A stretch of DNA of 55,640 nt, filler included, from Sphacelaria rigidula (Eukaryota): the NCBI GenBank assembly GCA_964200075.2. It is 6 parts of 6 records of this genome, joined end to end, with 100 filler letters (N's around TTAATTAATTAA, not from the genome) between each part and the next. Parts side by side here need not be neighbours in the genome. Positions count along the whole stretch, not along the records: positions 37,162 to 46,351 come from CAXNAA020009093.1; positions 46,452 to 55,640 come from CAXNAA020009094.1; 4 more parts are not named here. One strand, written 5' to 3'. Shown piece by piece: positions 37,613 through 50,460 of this stretch; the stretch's first letter is position 1; every line of letters starts with the position of its first letter. A program made the position numbers and the translations under genes. Under the pieces are notes generated by a model. That model had not been told where the DNA came from, did not search any database, and saw nothing but the letters and a program-made list of their open reading frames with translations.

Positions 37613-38910
37613 CAAGGGTAGGTCGAGTAGAGTATGTACTTTTGAGTATTCGAGTAAAACACTCAAGTATGTACTCTACTCGACGTGCGAGTAGGTCGAG
37701 TACGGCCTCAAATACTCTACTCAAATTATGATTACGTCGAGTACGGCCTCCAATACTCTACTTAAATTTTGAGTAGGTCGAGTACGACCCCAACTAATCT
37801 ACTCAAATTTTGAGTGAGCACTCTTAGTAATACTTGAGTAGAGATTATCACTTCAGTATGACCTCAATACTCTACTCAAATTTTAGGAAGGTCGAGTACG
37901 GCCTCAAATACTCCACTCAAAGTTTGAGTAGGTTGAGTATGATCTCAAATACTCTACTCGAATTCTGAGTAGGTCGAGTGTGTGTTGTGTGTGTGTGTAC
38001 ACCACACACACAACACTCTCAGTAAAATACTCGAGTATAGAGTATCACCTGAGTATAACCTCATACTCTACTCAAATTTGGAGTAGATCGAGTACGGCCT
38101 CAAATACCCTACTCGAATTTTGAGTAGGCTGAGTACTGTCTCAAGTACTCTATTAAACTTTTGAGTAGATCGAGTACGACCTCAAATACTCTACTCAAAT
38201 ATTGAGTAAGCACTCTCAGGGATACTTGAGTGCACTGTAGACTACCCCTTGGGTATGGTGAGTATCCCTGACAGTCGGCGACTTCGTGACGTCACTTCAC
38301 AGACTTTTTTTAATCATGGGCGAACGATGACCATTAACTAAATGGGTGGCGTTACATCACAGCCAACAAGGAGTATGGGCGAATGATGGCCATAAGAAAA
38401 AGAAGCGTGCAGGGCCCTTCTACAATACCTCAACATCCATTCTACCCTAGTTTTGTACCGTTCGTTTCTGATCCGAACGTTTGCTGAAGTTTGACCTTAA
38501 ATCAACACTCATCATGGGTTGACAACTCTAGGAATACCTCGATATTTCCTCTACCCGAGTTTTAGTATATTGCGTACGAACTTGAATACTGAAGTTGAAG
38601 TTATAGGTTTTCGGTACATCGGATCCGGTCTCAGATACTCTACTCAAACATTGAGTAGGTTAAGTACGGCCTCAAATGGTCTACTCGAAGTTTGAGTTGA
38701 TCGAGTACGACCTCAAATACTCTACTCAAATATTGAGTAAGCGCTCTCAGTAATACTTGAGTATAGAGTATCACTTGAGTATGGCCTCAGATACTCTACT
38801 CAAATTCTGAATACGTTGCGTATGGCCTCAAATACTCTACTCAAATTACGAGTACGGTGGGTACGGCCTTCAATACTCTACTCAAATTTCGAGTAGATCG
38901 AGTGCGTTGC
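37613..38910. repeat. 41-bp palindromic tandem repeat with higher-order structure, interrupted at about 38250-38620
   Basis: Unit TACTCTACTCAAATTTTGAGTAGGTCGAGTACGGCCTCAAA, with a longer variant unit (..GCACTCTCAGTAATACTTGAGTATAGAGTATCAC..) every few copies. Confidence 0.85.
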
Positions 38911-39482
38911 CAGACCTCAAATCGGCGCCCCAGGCGCCGATTTAGACAACAACGCGTTCTGCGCACGCTAGGAGCATGCCAGGAGCATAGCCCGTCCCAA
39001 GATCCGGATTTCGGTGTCCACACTAAAATCCACAACTGCACCTGTCACAAACCGGAAATTTCCGAGAACTATCTGTCAACTACCGGGTGGTGAAAATCTA
39101 CTGACCCAGACTGAAAGATGCGGCACCGCTTGGTTTTCGCGCAGCTCTTCGAAAACGAGAGTGATGTGTTTGAAGGCACGCTGTAAGTTGTGCAAGAATA
39201 ATAATACAGTGAAGGCGTGGCTGATACTGTTGGAAAGTCGAGGGTTACACCGGAACCATCCGACGATCTACGTCTTGTGCTTCACACACACACGTGGCTG
39301 TCGTGAAATTGAAACCAAACTAGCGCCACAAAACGGGGTTATGTCCACGTTTCGTGAATGAGTTTAGAACCCGGATCTTGAAACGAGCACGCCGAGCTAA
39401 CACCACTGGACTGTCCGAAACAATATATAATTTTTTTATTGTTTCAGTCGTTCGAAACTCGGAGCCGTTCACTAAAGGAGAA

Positions 39483-40291
39483 CAGTGGGGGGCTCTCAGT
39501 AGTGCCGGTATGTGCCCACCACAGACACCGGCACTTGTCAGAGAGCCCGGCACTACTCTGAAAAGTGCCAAAACAGGTGCAGTTGAGGGCTCTGAATACG
39601 GTTCTGGCACTACTGACGACCGTCCGTTCGTACGTACAGTGCTACGCTTGCCCTTCGTGGGACCAACAGAAGCACAACACGGATGAGGACCTCTGTTTCA
39701 AGGGGTTTCGATAGGATACGTCACGCAAGGTTTCGGGGTAGCAGAACGGAACCCGATGTTTTTTTGTTCTTCACATTCAACTTGATTGATCCTGTTCACA
39801 GGTTGATCATTTCCTTCCCTACTAGCATAACATCAGCAGTACGGTCACAAAAGTTGCTCATGCCGAAAGACCTTCCCGACAAGAAAAACAAGGACACATC
39901 TGCACCCAACGTAACTATGAACGTGCGGCATCTGGTGTGGAAAAAAACTCACGAAAGAGTACACACCGCCCACCAAAAGAAGTAAGCGAGAAAGAATGAA
40001 CCATACCCCTTTGCACTTCCTACCGGCTACCGAGACAAGGATAGAGAGAAACGAACGACCTCGAAAAAAAACACTACTGGTGCTTGGTTGGTGGGGGATA
40101 AGGCGTGCCTGAGTGTGTCCGGAACCGGCACTGTTGGGGGTACAAAACCGTTCAAACCGGCACTACTGAGGGTCATCTGTCAGTAGTGCCGGGCGGCACT
40201 ACTGCAAGCTCTTGCTGTGCCCGGAGATTTTCCCGGCATTATATAGATCGTTGGCACTATTCATACCGGCACTACTGAGAGCCCCTCACTG
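39483..40291. mobile_element. Tc1/mariner(pogo)-type non-autonomous element
   Basis: 30-bp TIR CAGTGGGGGGCTCTCAGTAGTGCCGGTATG with one mismatch. TA on the right flank, AA on the left. Subterminal GGCACTACT repeats at both ends. Confidence 0.8.
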
Positions 40292-40435
40292 TATTGTCTT
40301 GTGACGCTGAAAACATTCGGTCGCCGTACAGTAACAACACTTTCTGACCTCTCGCATAGTTGGACGCATCTTTAACCTCACTATACCCCTTTCGTTTCGA
40401 GGAGTAAGTAGCCCTTCGTATGTTATGGCATCGTT

Positions 40436-40731
40436 CCATTTCTACGGCTTGTGCCGAACTTTTGAAGCAGATTCGGAACAGGTTTTCCCCAAACATATTC
40501 AGACTGTAACAATCCTGCTAATCTCGTGGTTTCGCGAAAGTTTCGGCTAGTGAAGGCACGTAAGAACCGTATGAATATTTGATTTCTAATATTTATGCGG
40601 TTCATACGCGCATGCGGTTCATACGCGCCTTCACTCGCTGAAACTTTCTCGAAACCACGAGATTAACAGTATTGTTTGGGGAAAACTGTTCCGAAGCCGC
40701 TTCAAAAGTTGGACACAAGCCGTAGAAATGG
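40436..40731. repeat. About 295-bp imperfect fold-back palindrome (MITE-like)
   Basis: CCATTTCTACGGCTTGTG.. pairs with ..CACAAGCCGTAGAAATGG, and the inner arm AATCTCGTGGTTTCG pairs with CGAAACCACGAGATT. Confidence 0.8.
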
Positions 40732-41089
40732 TGAGGGGGACGGACGCAATTGGATCCCAGTGGAATTGTTTCTGTTGTGTGTGTGTTTCACGCACTTGAC
40801 TTATCCCCCTCATCGTCTTGAGCTGTATCGGGGCGGATGGGTCTCGAAATGCTTGGGTAGGAAAGCGGTATATGTCCTTTTTTTTCGATGAGAAACCCAA
40901 GCTTTTATGCATCACTTGAGTATCCTGCTTTTGTTCGATTTTTGGATTGGATTTTGCAATTTTCTTTTTGCCATTCTTCTGCGTTCCTTGTTGCATTGAG
41001 CTCAATCAATACTCGAGGGAAAGAAAAAAAAGAATTATTCATACTCGCACCCCGTTATATATCTGACTTTTGAATGAACCTAGAAGAGA

Positions 41090-41338
41090 TCATATCGTGG
41101 GAGAATGTGAACTATGTAAGAAGGAATGGGAAGTGTTAGAGGAGATATGGGAACCCCACGAATGTGATCCGGAAATTTTTGGTACACTAGATTGTAGCGA
41201 GAAAATGATTGCTACCCCATGAGATAGAAAGGAGCCACAGACAGTCAAACAAGAAGCGGTGAGATATGAAAAAGGAGATGTGTGGTCAATGGTCGAATGT
41301 CTAAGGCTAGCAAGAAATGAGAACGTCCCCCCCCCACC
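41090..41338 (+). mobile_element. LINE 3' end fragment, poly-C family
   Basis: HIVGECELCKKEWEVLEE.. then GTGGTCAATGGTCGAATGTCTAAGGCTAGCAAGAAATGA and a C-run. Confidence 0.75.
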
Positions 41339-41579
41339 CGCGCCGTGGAAGAATATATGGGAAACTGGAATCAAGGGAAAACATGCGGGGAATGATGAAG
41401 AAGATGACGGTGTGCGTGAAGTGCCATGATTCTAAATAGGGAAATGTCAAAGTGTTTTGATATTTTACAAGAAGTTGCACAAGGATTCACGTTGTCACCC
41501 GTTTTTTCAAGAATACAAATTCAACAATAGGACAGCACAAAAAGAAAGGGCCAATCTGAAACAGGAATACACTAGGAAA

Positions 41580-42485
41580 TGGAGAGTGGCAGCGAACATG
41601 AACTAATGCGCCGAAGTTGTATGTAACGGAGATGAGGAGAACTCGGTAGAGTTCGAATGGAAGTGGGGAGAAGGGGAATCACGGATCGTAGACCAGTGTG
41701 TACACCTTTGCATAGAGATCTGAAAACACTGGTCTTGGGGTGCACGTAAAGAGAAGGAGCAAAGAGCAAGGCACAGATAAGTAAGATGGACGTGATCCTC
41801 ACAGATTCCCACCTTGACACTAGGATTAAGATATGTATTGTGCAGAATGTGATCGCACCAACGTTGCAATATACAGGATAAGTATGAGAAAAGAGCGCGG
41901 AATGCGTGAAGCAGCTAGAAACACTGCAGATGACAGCAGCTCAGGAAATACTTGGATGCTCAAAAACGATGAGTAATACGGTAGCGACAGCAGAGTTGGG
42001 AACGTACCCACTTGAAACAAGTCGAGACCCGAGAAAAATGAAGCGACTCTATTAAGTAAGGCCTGCCCAAGAGATTTTCAGCCATAGTTGATAAGGCTGT
42101 ATGGAAGAAAGTACCGAAAGGGCAGGCTGGGATGTGGTGGAAGCTTATTCGAGTAGGTATGGAATGATATAGGAGGAAACCAAGATGAACTACTGTCCAT
42201 CATCCGAAGAAGTATAGAGTGATATAGGAGTAAACCAAGACGAGACACTGTCCATAGGTGAATGCGGGAGGTAAAACACAAACAAGACAAAAGCAAGAGA
42301 CACGGTAGAAATAGGGAAAAAAAAACGCTAAGGCGGAAAGCGGACGAGGAAGAGCACCTAAAGCCATAGAGGGGGTTGAGATCGGGGGATAGGGATGAAA
42401 ATATAGTCGCACGGCCCAATGGACTCCGCGAAGAGATTGAAACTGCTCGTCTCTCCGGACACCAGGCACTCACACGAACGCCTAC
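41580..42485 (+). mobile_element. Decayed LINE ORF2 fragment (RT thumb and downstream)
   Basis: KQLENTADDSSSGN/QEILGCSKTMSNTVATAELGTYPLETSRD..HGPMDSAKRLKL, with many frameshifts. Confidence 0.75.
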
Positions 42486-42525
42486 CCGTCGCTTCTGTCA
42501 TCGATCGACAAAAGACATATTCAGC

Positions 42526-42557
<32 letters not shown>

Positions 42558-42635
42558 TGTGTGTGTCCATCCATCTCTCGCTACGCATTTTTGTTGACCT
42601 GTCTGTCCCCCCCATACGCGCGCTCAACCTACCAG

Positions 42636-42849
42636 GGAAAGGTGCAAGCAATTGATCGCAGGTCCGACCTGGCCCTGCTGAAGTGCGAGGTTCCGAGTGA
42701 TCGCCTGCCCCTCCCTGTGGCCGAGATAGGACAGTCTTTGCATCTTAGGGCGGGGGAATTCGTGGTGGCTATGGGCAGTCCTGGAGGTCTGGCCAATACG
42801 TGCACGCTGGGGATTGTGAGCGCTACCGCTAGAGCTAGAAGCGATCTCG
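42636..42849 (+). CDS. HTRA2: HtrA/DegP (S1C) serine protease, HTRA2/DEG14-like, internal exon with the catalytic Asp
   Basis: CCAG| acceptor and G|GTAAGG donor. Reads GKVQAIDRRSDLALLK..LRAGEFVVAMGSPGGLANTCTLGIVS. EFVVAMGSP is typical of HTRA2; the symbol is a family-level assignment. Confidence 0.88.
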
Positions 42850-43353
42850 GTAAGGTTCCGGTTCGTGTCGGGGATGTTGTGTTGTAATGGTAAGCAGAAG
42901 GGCCAGTGCTGGCTTGATTTCTCCTGTATTCCAGGGTACGATGGAGAGGCATTTTGCTCCATTCATCATCTCCGATGCTGTTGCATACACGACAAGGAAT
43001 CAGAAGGAAGGTTGAGAGAGCAATTCTTGCTATTTTTAGCTGGAGAATCGATCTGCTAGAATAAGAAGGCCTCTAAGATTTATTTATGCAGTACGGTACA
43101 GGTGTTTTTTTTTATTTGTTGCAACACGGTCGTACATGACGGATTATTCACAGATAACACCACGTGCAGTGATCTTGATGGTATTGTCTTTTCCAACACA
43201 TCAATTGGACTGCTGCTAAACTGTATCTTTGCGCAACCCATGAACCCGCCATTCCACTTTATCGCTCGTGTGTGACATGATGACCTCCAGACACCCAACG
43301 CTCCCTTTCGGCTTGGCCTGTGCTTGTCTTCGTCGTCGCATTGCTCTCCTCAG

Positions 43354-43473
43354 TCGAAGACGCGCGAACGGCAACGCTGATTGGCGATTCCACGGAGTTT
43401 ATCCAGACCGACGCCGCTATCAACTCCGGCAATTCGGGAGGCCCGCTGATCGATCTGGACGGAAAAGTAGTCG
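43354..43473 (+). CDS. HTRA2: HtrA/DegP serine protease, internal exon with the catalytic Ser
   Basis: CTCAG| acceptor in phase 1, matching the previous exon. Reads [27 protein letters not shown]. Donor G|GTAAAT. Confidence 0.92.
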
Positions 43474-44495
43474 GTAAATGTTTTATAAACCAGCGCACGT
43501 CTTTGTCGTCGTCGCCGTTCCGTACGACGAAAAAAGCTGTCATACTTCTCTCGATTGTGTACGCTTGCTCCACTCAAGCCTTTTGTTCCTAGCGTTGAGG
43601 CAAGCCGCTGTGGGGTGTATTTCTCACAGAGATAGTGGTCATACTTGAACTCGAGTGTGCACGCCATTCGGACTTGTGTTTTGTAGCCCTGTGACAATAC
43701 CCTTCCGTTGTCAACGCAGCGACTTCCGCCGCAAAATACCCGTCAACACACATCGTAGCCTTCAGCGAGCATCGCGCGCCGTCAATTGCCGGGTCCATGT
43801 CGCAATATCGAAAGTAGGCGTGTAGCAGAAACCTATCGTACATTCCAGGGCGGTCGTTTCCCCTGAAAAAAACATGTATTGTACATATGCCACGGTCAAA
43901 ACTCGACTATCTCGAACGTTACAAAGCTTGAACATCCCGAAGAGCCGTCGATATGCCGTGATCGAAGCTCTGATGTCTCGGAAACCATGGGGGGGGCTTG
44001 CAAGATCCGAAGAAAATAATCGCATGCTTTCCCCGAATACATGTACCGTATATGTACCTCCGCCGTGATTGAAGCTCGGTGGTTTCCAAGAATCACGAGA
44101 GTAGCGCAGCATGAAGAGACTTCAGGTGCTTCTCCTCTCTCGACAGAAAGTTGACGAAAGATCTTGCCGACACTGATGTGATCATCGGTGCAGTCAGTAC
44201 GATGTAGAGTGGTACACTGTCGGCAAATAAACCGAGTTAAAAGGATGGGGATACACTATGTTCTTCGTTTTGAATATATTTGTCGCACTTTGAGCCCCTC
44301 CCCTTCCTCGGGATGAGTCGGTGGTCTCAGGGGATCAATCCATCTCTTCCGCGGCACACGCCGTGCATTTTGGTCTCGCGGATTGGATCATGACCATCAG
44401 GATTCCCGCAGACGCGGAGCGTCAACTCACGTCAAACAAACTCAGTTGACAAGTTGTATTGATGTACAACTTGTATTGATATATATACAGATACA

Positions 44496-44934
44496 TGTAA
44501 GGAAGACATATCAAAGGGGGGGGAGACTAAGGAGGACGCTGTCCCAAGAGATGTCGTCCTGATGCCGAAGGAACTCCGAAGCTGAAGATGATTTCCTCTT
44601 GTGGGATGTAGGCAAAAAGTTGGGTCAGACACAGAGTGATCGCTGGAGGCAACCAGATCCTCGGGGGATGTTGGACCGTCCTGAATATTAGGCTCTTCCT
44701 GGCATCAGACCGAGTTGTCTAGTTTCGTTGGCATTACAGGGTCCTCGGGAATCTGGTCCATTCGGACCGTTCTCTTCCTGGCATCAGCCCGAGTTGTCTA
44801 GTTTCGTTGGCATTACAGGGTCCTCGGGAATCTGGTCCATTCGGCCCGTTCCTACTTGTACCTGCTTGCTCTTGCTCTTTATACACGTGTGGACTCAGTC
44901 TCTGATATGCCACTGCAAAGATGTATTCCCGACA
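44496..44934. mobile_element. Probable solo LTR (439 bp) with an internal 79-bp tandem duplication
   Basis: TG...CA ends with imperfect inverted termini TGTAAGGAAGACAT / ATGTATTCCCGACA. 4-bp flanks TACA / TATA. The duplicated units are 44693-44771 and 44772-44850. Confidence 0.55.
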
Positions 44935-45721
44935 TATATGTAGATTGTACTGTGAGTTCGGACTGGGCACGCCCTCTTGAGAGAAAGTAAAGTGTCTTCA
45001 GGGCGAATAGCTTAAGCAGTAGCGAGACATGAAACAAACAGTAGCTCCCCTGCTACCGTGCAACCGCCCTCGAGTGCACCGTGAGGTGGGATAAATTTCT
45101 TTTCAGGCATTTTTATAATTTCGCCATGTGCATCCATATCCGATGCGGTCTGGTAGCAGCAATTATTGGGAGATATTGGTGTCAACATCAGCATGACTGC
45201 GGTCATGCTCGCTTGTCCTGAGATTTGGAATATGGCGATGCTGGCACTGAGACGAGAAGTAACAATTACCTGTCTCGACCAGCAACTCGTCGTCGCTCGA
45301 ATGTCACCCCTAAAACAAATATATGGGGGAAACTTGTACACTACAATCATGTACTGAGTATGAGATTTCTCAGGCCCTTTTTAAAGATATGTATCCTGCA
45401 TTCCTCGCCCGAAGATTTAGAGATGGGATCTTGATATTGTCGCGAGACGTCCGGATCCGGTTATGAGCTACTGTATGACCAGGGTAGTATTCCTTTTCGT
45501 TTCATTCCAAGAGTTAAAGCGGATGTGTGTTTTCCCTCGAAATCCAATCGAAATGACATGACTTTGATGATCAAACAGGAGAATATTCATGCCCTTTAAA
45601 TAGTCAGTTCGCACCTCTCCTCAAACGTTCAGGTCCTAACAACGCTCAAACCTCGAGCGAAGGATGGTTGGTGATACCTGGTTGTCCCAAGCAGTAGGAC
45701 CTGATCAGTGCAACCAACCCC

Positions 45722-45780
45722 CCGGGATGGGTTAATGGTCAAACGACTAAGGCAAGCAACAAATGAGCCCCCCCCCCCCC
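45722..45780 (+). mobile_element. Poly-C LINE extreme 3' end
   Basis: AATGGTCAAACGACTAAGGCAAGCAACAAATGAG followed by a C-run. Confidence 0.75.
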
Positions 45781-46351
45781 GATAGCCTGGTCCGGCGAGA
45801 ACCCGGCATGCTCCGTCCCGGCTTTGTAGGGGCGGACCCCCGATAGGGTTGGCGGCGGTTGGCGATGACGCTGTAAAACACACCACTCCCTGCGTAAGCT
45901 AGGCATCCAGGTTATCATTTCTTTGCGCGCTTGCGTTTTTTTTTGCGGTAACCATGATGGTGGTCGAGCTAAATCATGTTGTGCGGTGTGGGGGAGTCTC
46001 AACTCCGCACAATGGGGATGATCGCACTACATGGTGTGTAAATGGTGAGACACCCATGAGGCAGTGTGTAAGCCGTGACTGTCTCTGGAAGTGGCGATAC
46101 CACAGAATAAAGCAACTCATTGTTGACTGTCATCCAAATGCAAGATAATTAGTAGACTTCGGACCCGAACAATCTTAGCAGGATGCAGCTTCATGTGACT
46201 CGCCGAACACACCACGGCGCTTCGCGCTTCGCGCTTCGTGATTGAGTGCGAGCCTGGTCCGGCGAAAACCCGGCGTGCTCCGTCCCGGCTTTGTAGGGAT
46301 GCGAGGTCAATGGTCTTATGACTACGGCATGCATGATCATGAGTACACCCC

Positions 46352-46451
46352 NNNNNNNNNNNNNNNNNNNNNNNNNNNNNNNNNNNNNNNNNNNNTTAAT
46401 TAATTAANNNNNNNNNNNNNNNNNNNNNNNNNNNNNNNNNNNNNNNNNNNN
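46352..46451. other. Artificial contig spacer
   Basis: 44 N + TTAATTAATTAA + 44 N. Confidence 0.99.
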
Positions 46452-46525
46452 GGCTGATGCACCCACATATACCGAAAGGTGTAGACTGGCGCCCAGAATA
46501 AAGGGGACGACAACACACACACACA
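46452..46525 (+). mobile_element. SINE family A, 3' end
   Basis: Matches 50390-50460, including the (CA)n tail. Confidence 0.75.
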
Positions 46526-49500
46526 GATCGAAGTTGCACTATAATGCAAGACCGTATCGAAGATACGCCAGGTATTGGTTCTAGTGAAGAGTCAGTTCTC
46601 TCACCGTCCGGGGAACCACCACAGGTTGGCTCTGAGACGTAATTTATGTATTAGTGCTCTGAACCGGGAGTCGATGGCGAAGCGTCGACGGCAGAGTTCA
46701 GACTTCGGAAAAGATAATAAAGTCAAAACCGCTCTGGGATCATCCCCTCCCCTCTTGAGTATTTGCTTATACCACAGTACAGTGGAGTGCGCTGTCCCTG
46801 TCCAGGAAACAACACAAATTGGCGGGACATCAGCATGTGGCGTGCGCTAGGACTACATGACTGTACCTTTCGGAAGATTTCTCCAATGAAGGTGTAGCAG
46901 TAGGTGTCTCCTGCCCGGTTGCCGGCGTAGCGCTGAAGGGTTACTTACAAGCTTACGCCCGTCATGATATAAACTTTTGCATTTGTTTACAGCAGCGACG
47001 AAAAAAACGATAACTTGCACTAGGCCCTCATACACACAATCCATGATGACATTCACCATAGCGTTCATCTACAGCGGATTGGAATAATTTGGTCATCTGC
47101 GCGACACGCACACATAGCACACAATCCATGAGGATAGTCACGTTTATTCTTTTTTCTTTTTTCCATAATTTATTTTCGTTTCATTTCTTTTTTTTTTAGT
47201 CCACTTTGTTTTGTCTACTCTACCTTCTTCTGTTTTCTTCTCTTCTCTTGAGCGAGTGCTTCGGGTTTTTTCCGTCTCGGATACGCCTATCTCGTGGCCA
47301 CGGCTGGGTCCCTCGGGAATGAGTGAAAGTGCAACAATCAACCACTCAAGCAATCGCTCAAAGTCACTCACTCAAAAGTATTCCTAATGGTGTGTCGCCC
47401 TTGGATGGACAGTGAGTAAGCTATAGCCTTTCCTGGATCAAAGAACAAAAGGCCACCATACGCCGCAACTGTCCTGACCGCAAACAAGTATTCGTCCCAT
47501 CGGTAAAAGACGTGAGAGACGGGCCTTGCGGGCGTTCGTTCACCGTAAGGTTGTGTCGGTAGAGCCGAGGGGTACGTACAAACTCAACGCACGAACTTAT
47601 CCGCCCTGTGCTCACCATATTGTGTCTGTAAAAGTTCTCCCTGGTGTGAGATATTGCTACGTAATGAAGCTCCACCAACAGTCCTTGATACGTCAGAAGG
47701 GAGGCCCCTAGTAACGACACGAGATAGGCCGACCTGCTCACACGCACGCACGTCGACGGTTTCATACAATAATGGTAAATCGTAAGAGAGCAGCGAGTAG
47801 CAATTGCTGTGCAACATAATGACGGGAGTGTTTGCCGCGAAGTGTACAGTTGGATTCCTAATGCACGGAAAACGAAGAGCAAAATCGCCGAGCTCAAGCT
47901 GCTGCATCCTGTGGGTGGGGCTGATGTGCTGCCTGATGTCACCGATACTAGGTTTCGAAACAACACATAGCAACGTTTTCGAGGTATTGAGAGTAGAGCG
48001 CTGATCGAGAGTGGCTTTGATCATTCGCTTTAACTCTGCCATTTTCTCGTTCTGTGTGCGTTTTGCTTTGCCTCTACCACTGGCATGTGCCTACAGCTAC
48101 ACGTCGATATCCTACTTGGGGATGTCAAAGAGCCTCAGGGGCAAGCTACTGTAGAAAGTATATCGAACCTCGTGGAGGGGCATTTCGGAATTAAAACGAT
48201 TCATTTACTAAGTGATCGCTCTACACCCTCAATTGCATCCTCCATTCTCAATCTCACGAAAACATTCTTACATGCCGGTTACGTTGCAAGCAGTGGTCAT
48301 ATGCCATCCATATCAAGCGTAAAACTAATGGAGCTACATCTCAGCAGCGATTTTAACTTACATCGCTTTTTTCACTTGCTGGTTTCGGACTACGAGACCA
48401 ACGAAACGCGTCGACATCTATCCGCCGCCGACCATTTCAATTCTACAGGGAACGACATCATCCATCATGATCACTTGAGACGGCCAAATACTTGCGTTGG
48501 TGTTGTTTAAACATCCCACCTCTGTCGTATCTCGAATACGTGTCGTGCCCGGAAGAAAAACCCCAACGTCACCACCCCGAACGCCAAGAACAGCGAGCCG
48601 AGAATCACCTTTATCCACGCAGCCGCTGGATGTGCCAGTAACGCGCATCCGTCGTCAACAGCGGGGGGCAAAGGCAGGGTGAGAAGGAGGCAGCAACGTG
48701 AAATCAAACCAGCATAAAAATTCTTCTCTGCTGGATGGGAGCACAATCGGGCGCCCGCTTTGTCCCTCGGCTGGAAAGCACTGTTCTGAACAAGCCAGAC
48801 TCTCAGTTCAGCCTGTAAATGCTCGGTTCAACCACATAGAGGGGACAAAGTGCATGCTGCGGGTGGAGATTTGTCGCAAGCATAACACCTTCTACTGCCC
48901 ATAACGTTCCCCGTCGAGAGGTGATGAAAATCCAACATGAAGCGCGCTGGTAGTCATACTTCTCTGTTCAGCAGTGACAATGGCAGGGACAAAAGGGGAG
49001 GTCAGCTAGAGAGAGAGAGAGGGATTACTGCGCTGTACGTATTTCCACTACGGCTGCCGTGCCCATTACTTCGAATTACACAATGTTTGGTTGTGGGCTG
49101 CGGACATATCGACTTATGAAGGGCTGCAAGAATGTAGTACGCTCACAAGCAACATCGAAATTGCAACATTGGTAATGGTGACGGATACTACGTCCCTCTT
49201 TTTTGCGCTACACGGGCACACGTGTGTGACAACAGCAGGGTGTAAGATCGACGGCTTGGCTCTCACAGAAGGAATCCGACCTCTTTGTTCGTACGCTACG
49301 CTGCGAAACCGCTCCTCTCCTCGCGAATGAAAAACATCCGACGCTTCCGATGTTGCCCCTTTGATCAGTTTCATATATAGATTTATATATGTATGCATAT
49401 TTTGGAGCTGATTACGGGAATTCGGGACGGGAATGCCTGTCGCCCCGAAGGTCACGGGACAAGACGGGAGAGGGTTGCGTTACCGTTACCAACTAACTGA

Positions 49501-50110
49501 TCGACCGAGCGGAACGGGACCGCTTTCTCGTCGCCCAAAACCTCGGGGCGGAACAGATAATATGGGCGACTGGAAGATCGGGATGAGACAGGATAAGAAG
49601 TATTATCCTGTTCCATTCTCGAGGAAAAGATCTCACGAGATACTCCCGTCCCGTCTGTCTTGCTCCGTTCCGTCTTCAGAGAAAGATGTGTGCAAGCCCC
49701 TCAAAACAAACACGTCGAGGCTAAGATATGGTGCACCTATACTTGGACTTGTTCATCGAGAAAAAACATGTGTTCCTATAAAGACATGCGACAAGAACGA
49801 TCTAATCGAATCACAACTGCGATGCCATCTATCCATCTCTGTACAGCGGGTACCCAGCGGAATACCGCAGAAGGGAAGTCCCAATACCCCCGAAAAGTCC
49901 GATAACAAGAAAACAGTGGCTAGCATCTCCTCCACTGCAACCCGACATGCTCATGTTGCAACCCCTCTCCGGCATCAGTAGCATCGATAAAAGGTGAAGG
50001 AATAGATGCGGGCGTACTTAGGTAATGACGATAACTTGGGTCGAAGCAGACATCTCTATCGAAACGGGTAGCTCACACGAGATGGGTATGGATGGTTAAG
50101 GCGGACATAC

Positions 50111-50460
50111 GCCCCGGTGGCTCAGTTGATAACTTCGAAACCTTCGGACGGCTAGGTCTTGGGTTCGAATCTCGGAGCGATCTGGGATTTTCTGTCGCAC
50201 AATGCCCAACAGTGGAGAGCGACTATGCCGTGGGTACACAAAGTTCGACTTCACGGTCGACGAGGGAAAGGGACTGCTGAACCCCTCTCGCGATAAAAAA
50301 TAAAGGCAAGTATCGCAGAAGGAAGGTGGAGTACTAAAATAAATAAAAACGAAAAAACTATTGTGTTGACCTTCCTCCTGTGTGATCCCGGCTGGTGCGC
50401 TCACATATACCGAAAAGTGTAAACCGGCGTCCAGAATAAATGGGATGACAACACACACAC
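50111..50460 (+). mobile_element. tRNA-derived SINE family A, near full length
   Basis: A-box TGGCTCAGTTGA (50118), B-box GGTTCGAATCT (50162), a ~280-bp body and a (CA)n tail. Other copies at 21896-22270, 26105-26146 and 46452-46525. Confidence 0.85.

Noticed and set aside
37613..38910. CRISPR-like array of palindromic repeats
   Set aside because: The units are contiguous with no unique spacers, there are no cas genes, and the context is eukaryotic.
36468..43473. Single gene or fusion joining the DUF1350 and HtrA exons
   Set aside because: An artificial spacer between unrelated contigs separates them.
48085..48510. hAT transposase dimerisation-domain remnant (GQATVES..)
   Set aside because: The resemblance is limited to a few residues and cannot be supported without a profile search.
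50111..50180. tRNA gene (similar heads at 30386, 32190 and 22270)
   Set aside because: A and B boxes are present but I could not fold a full cloverleaf. Each continues into a shared body and tail, so these are SINE heads.
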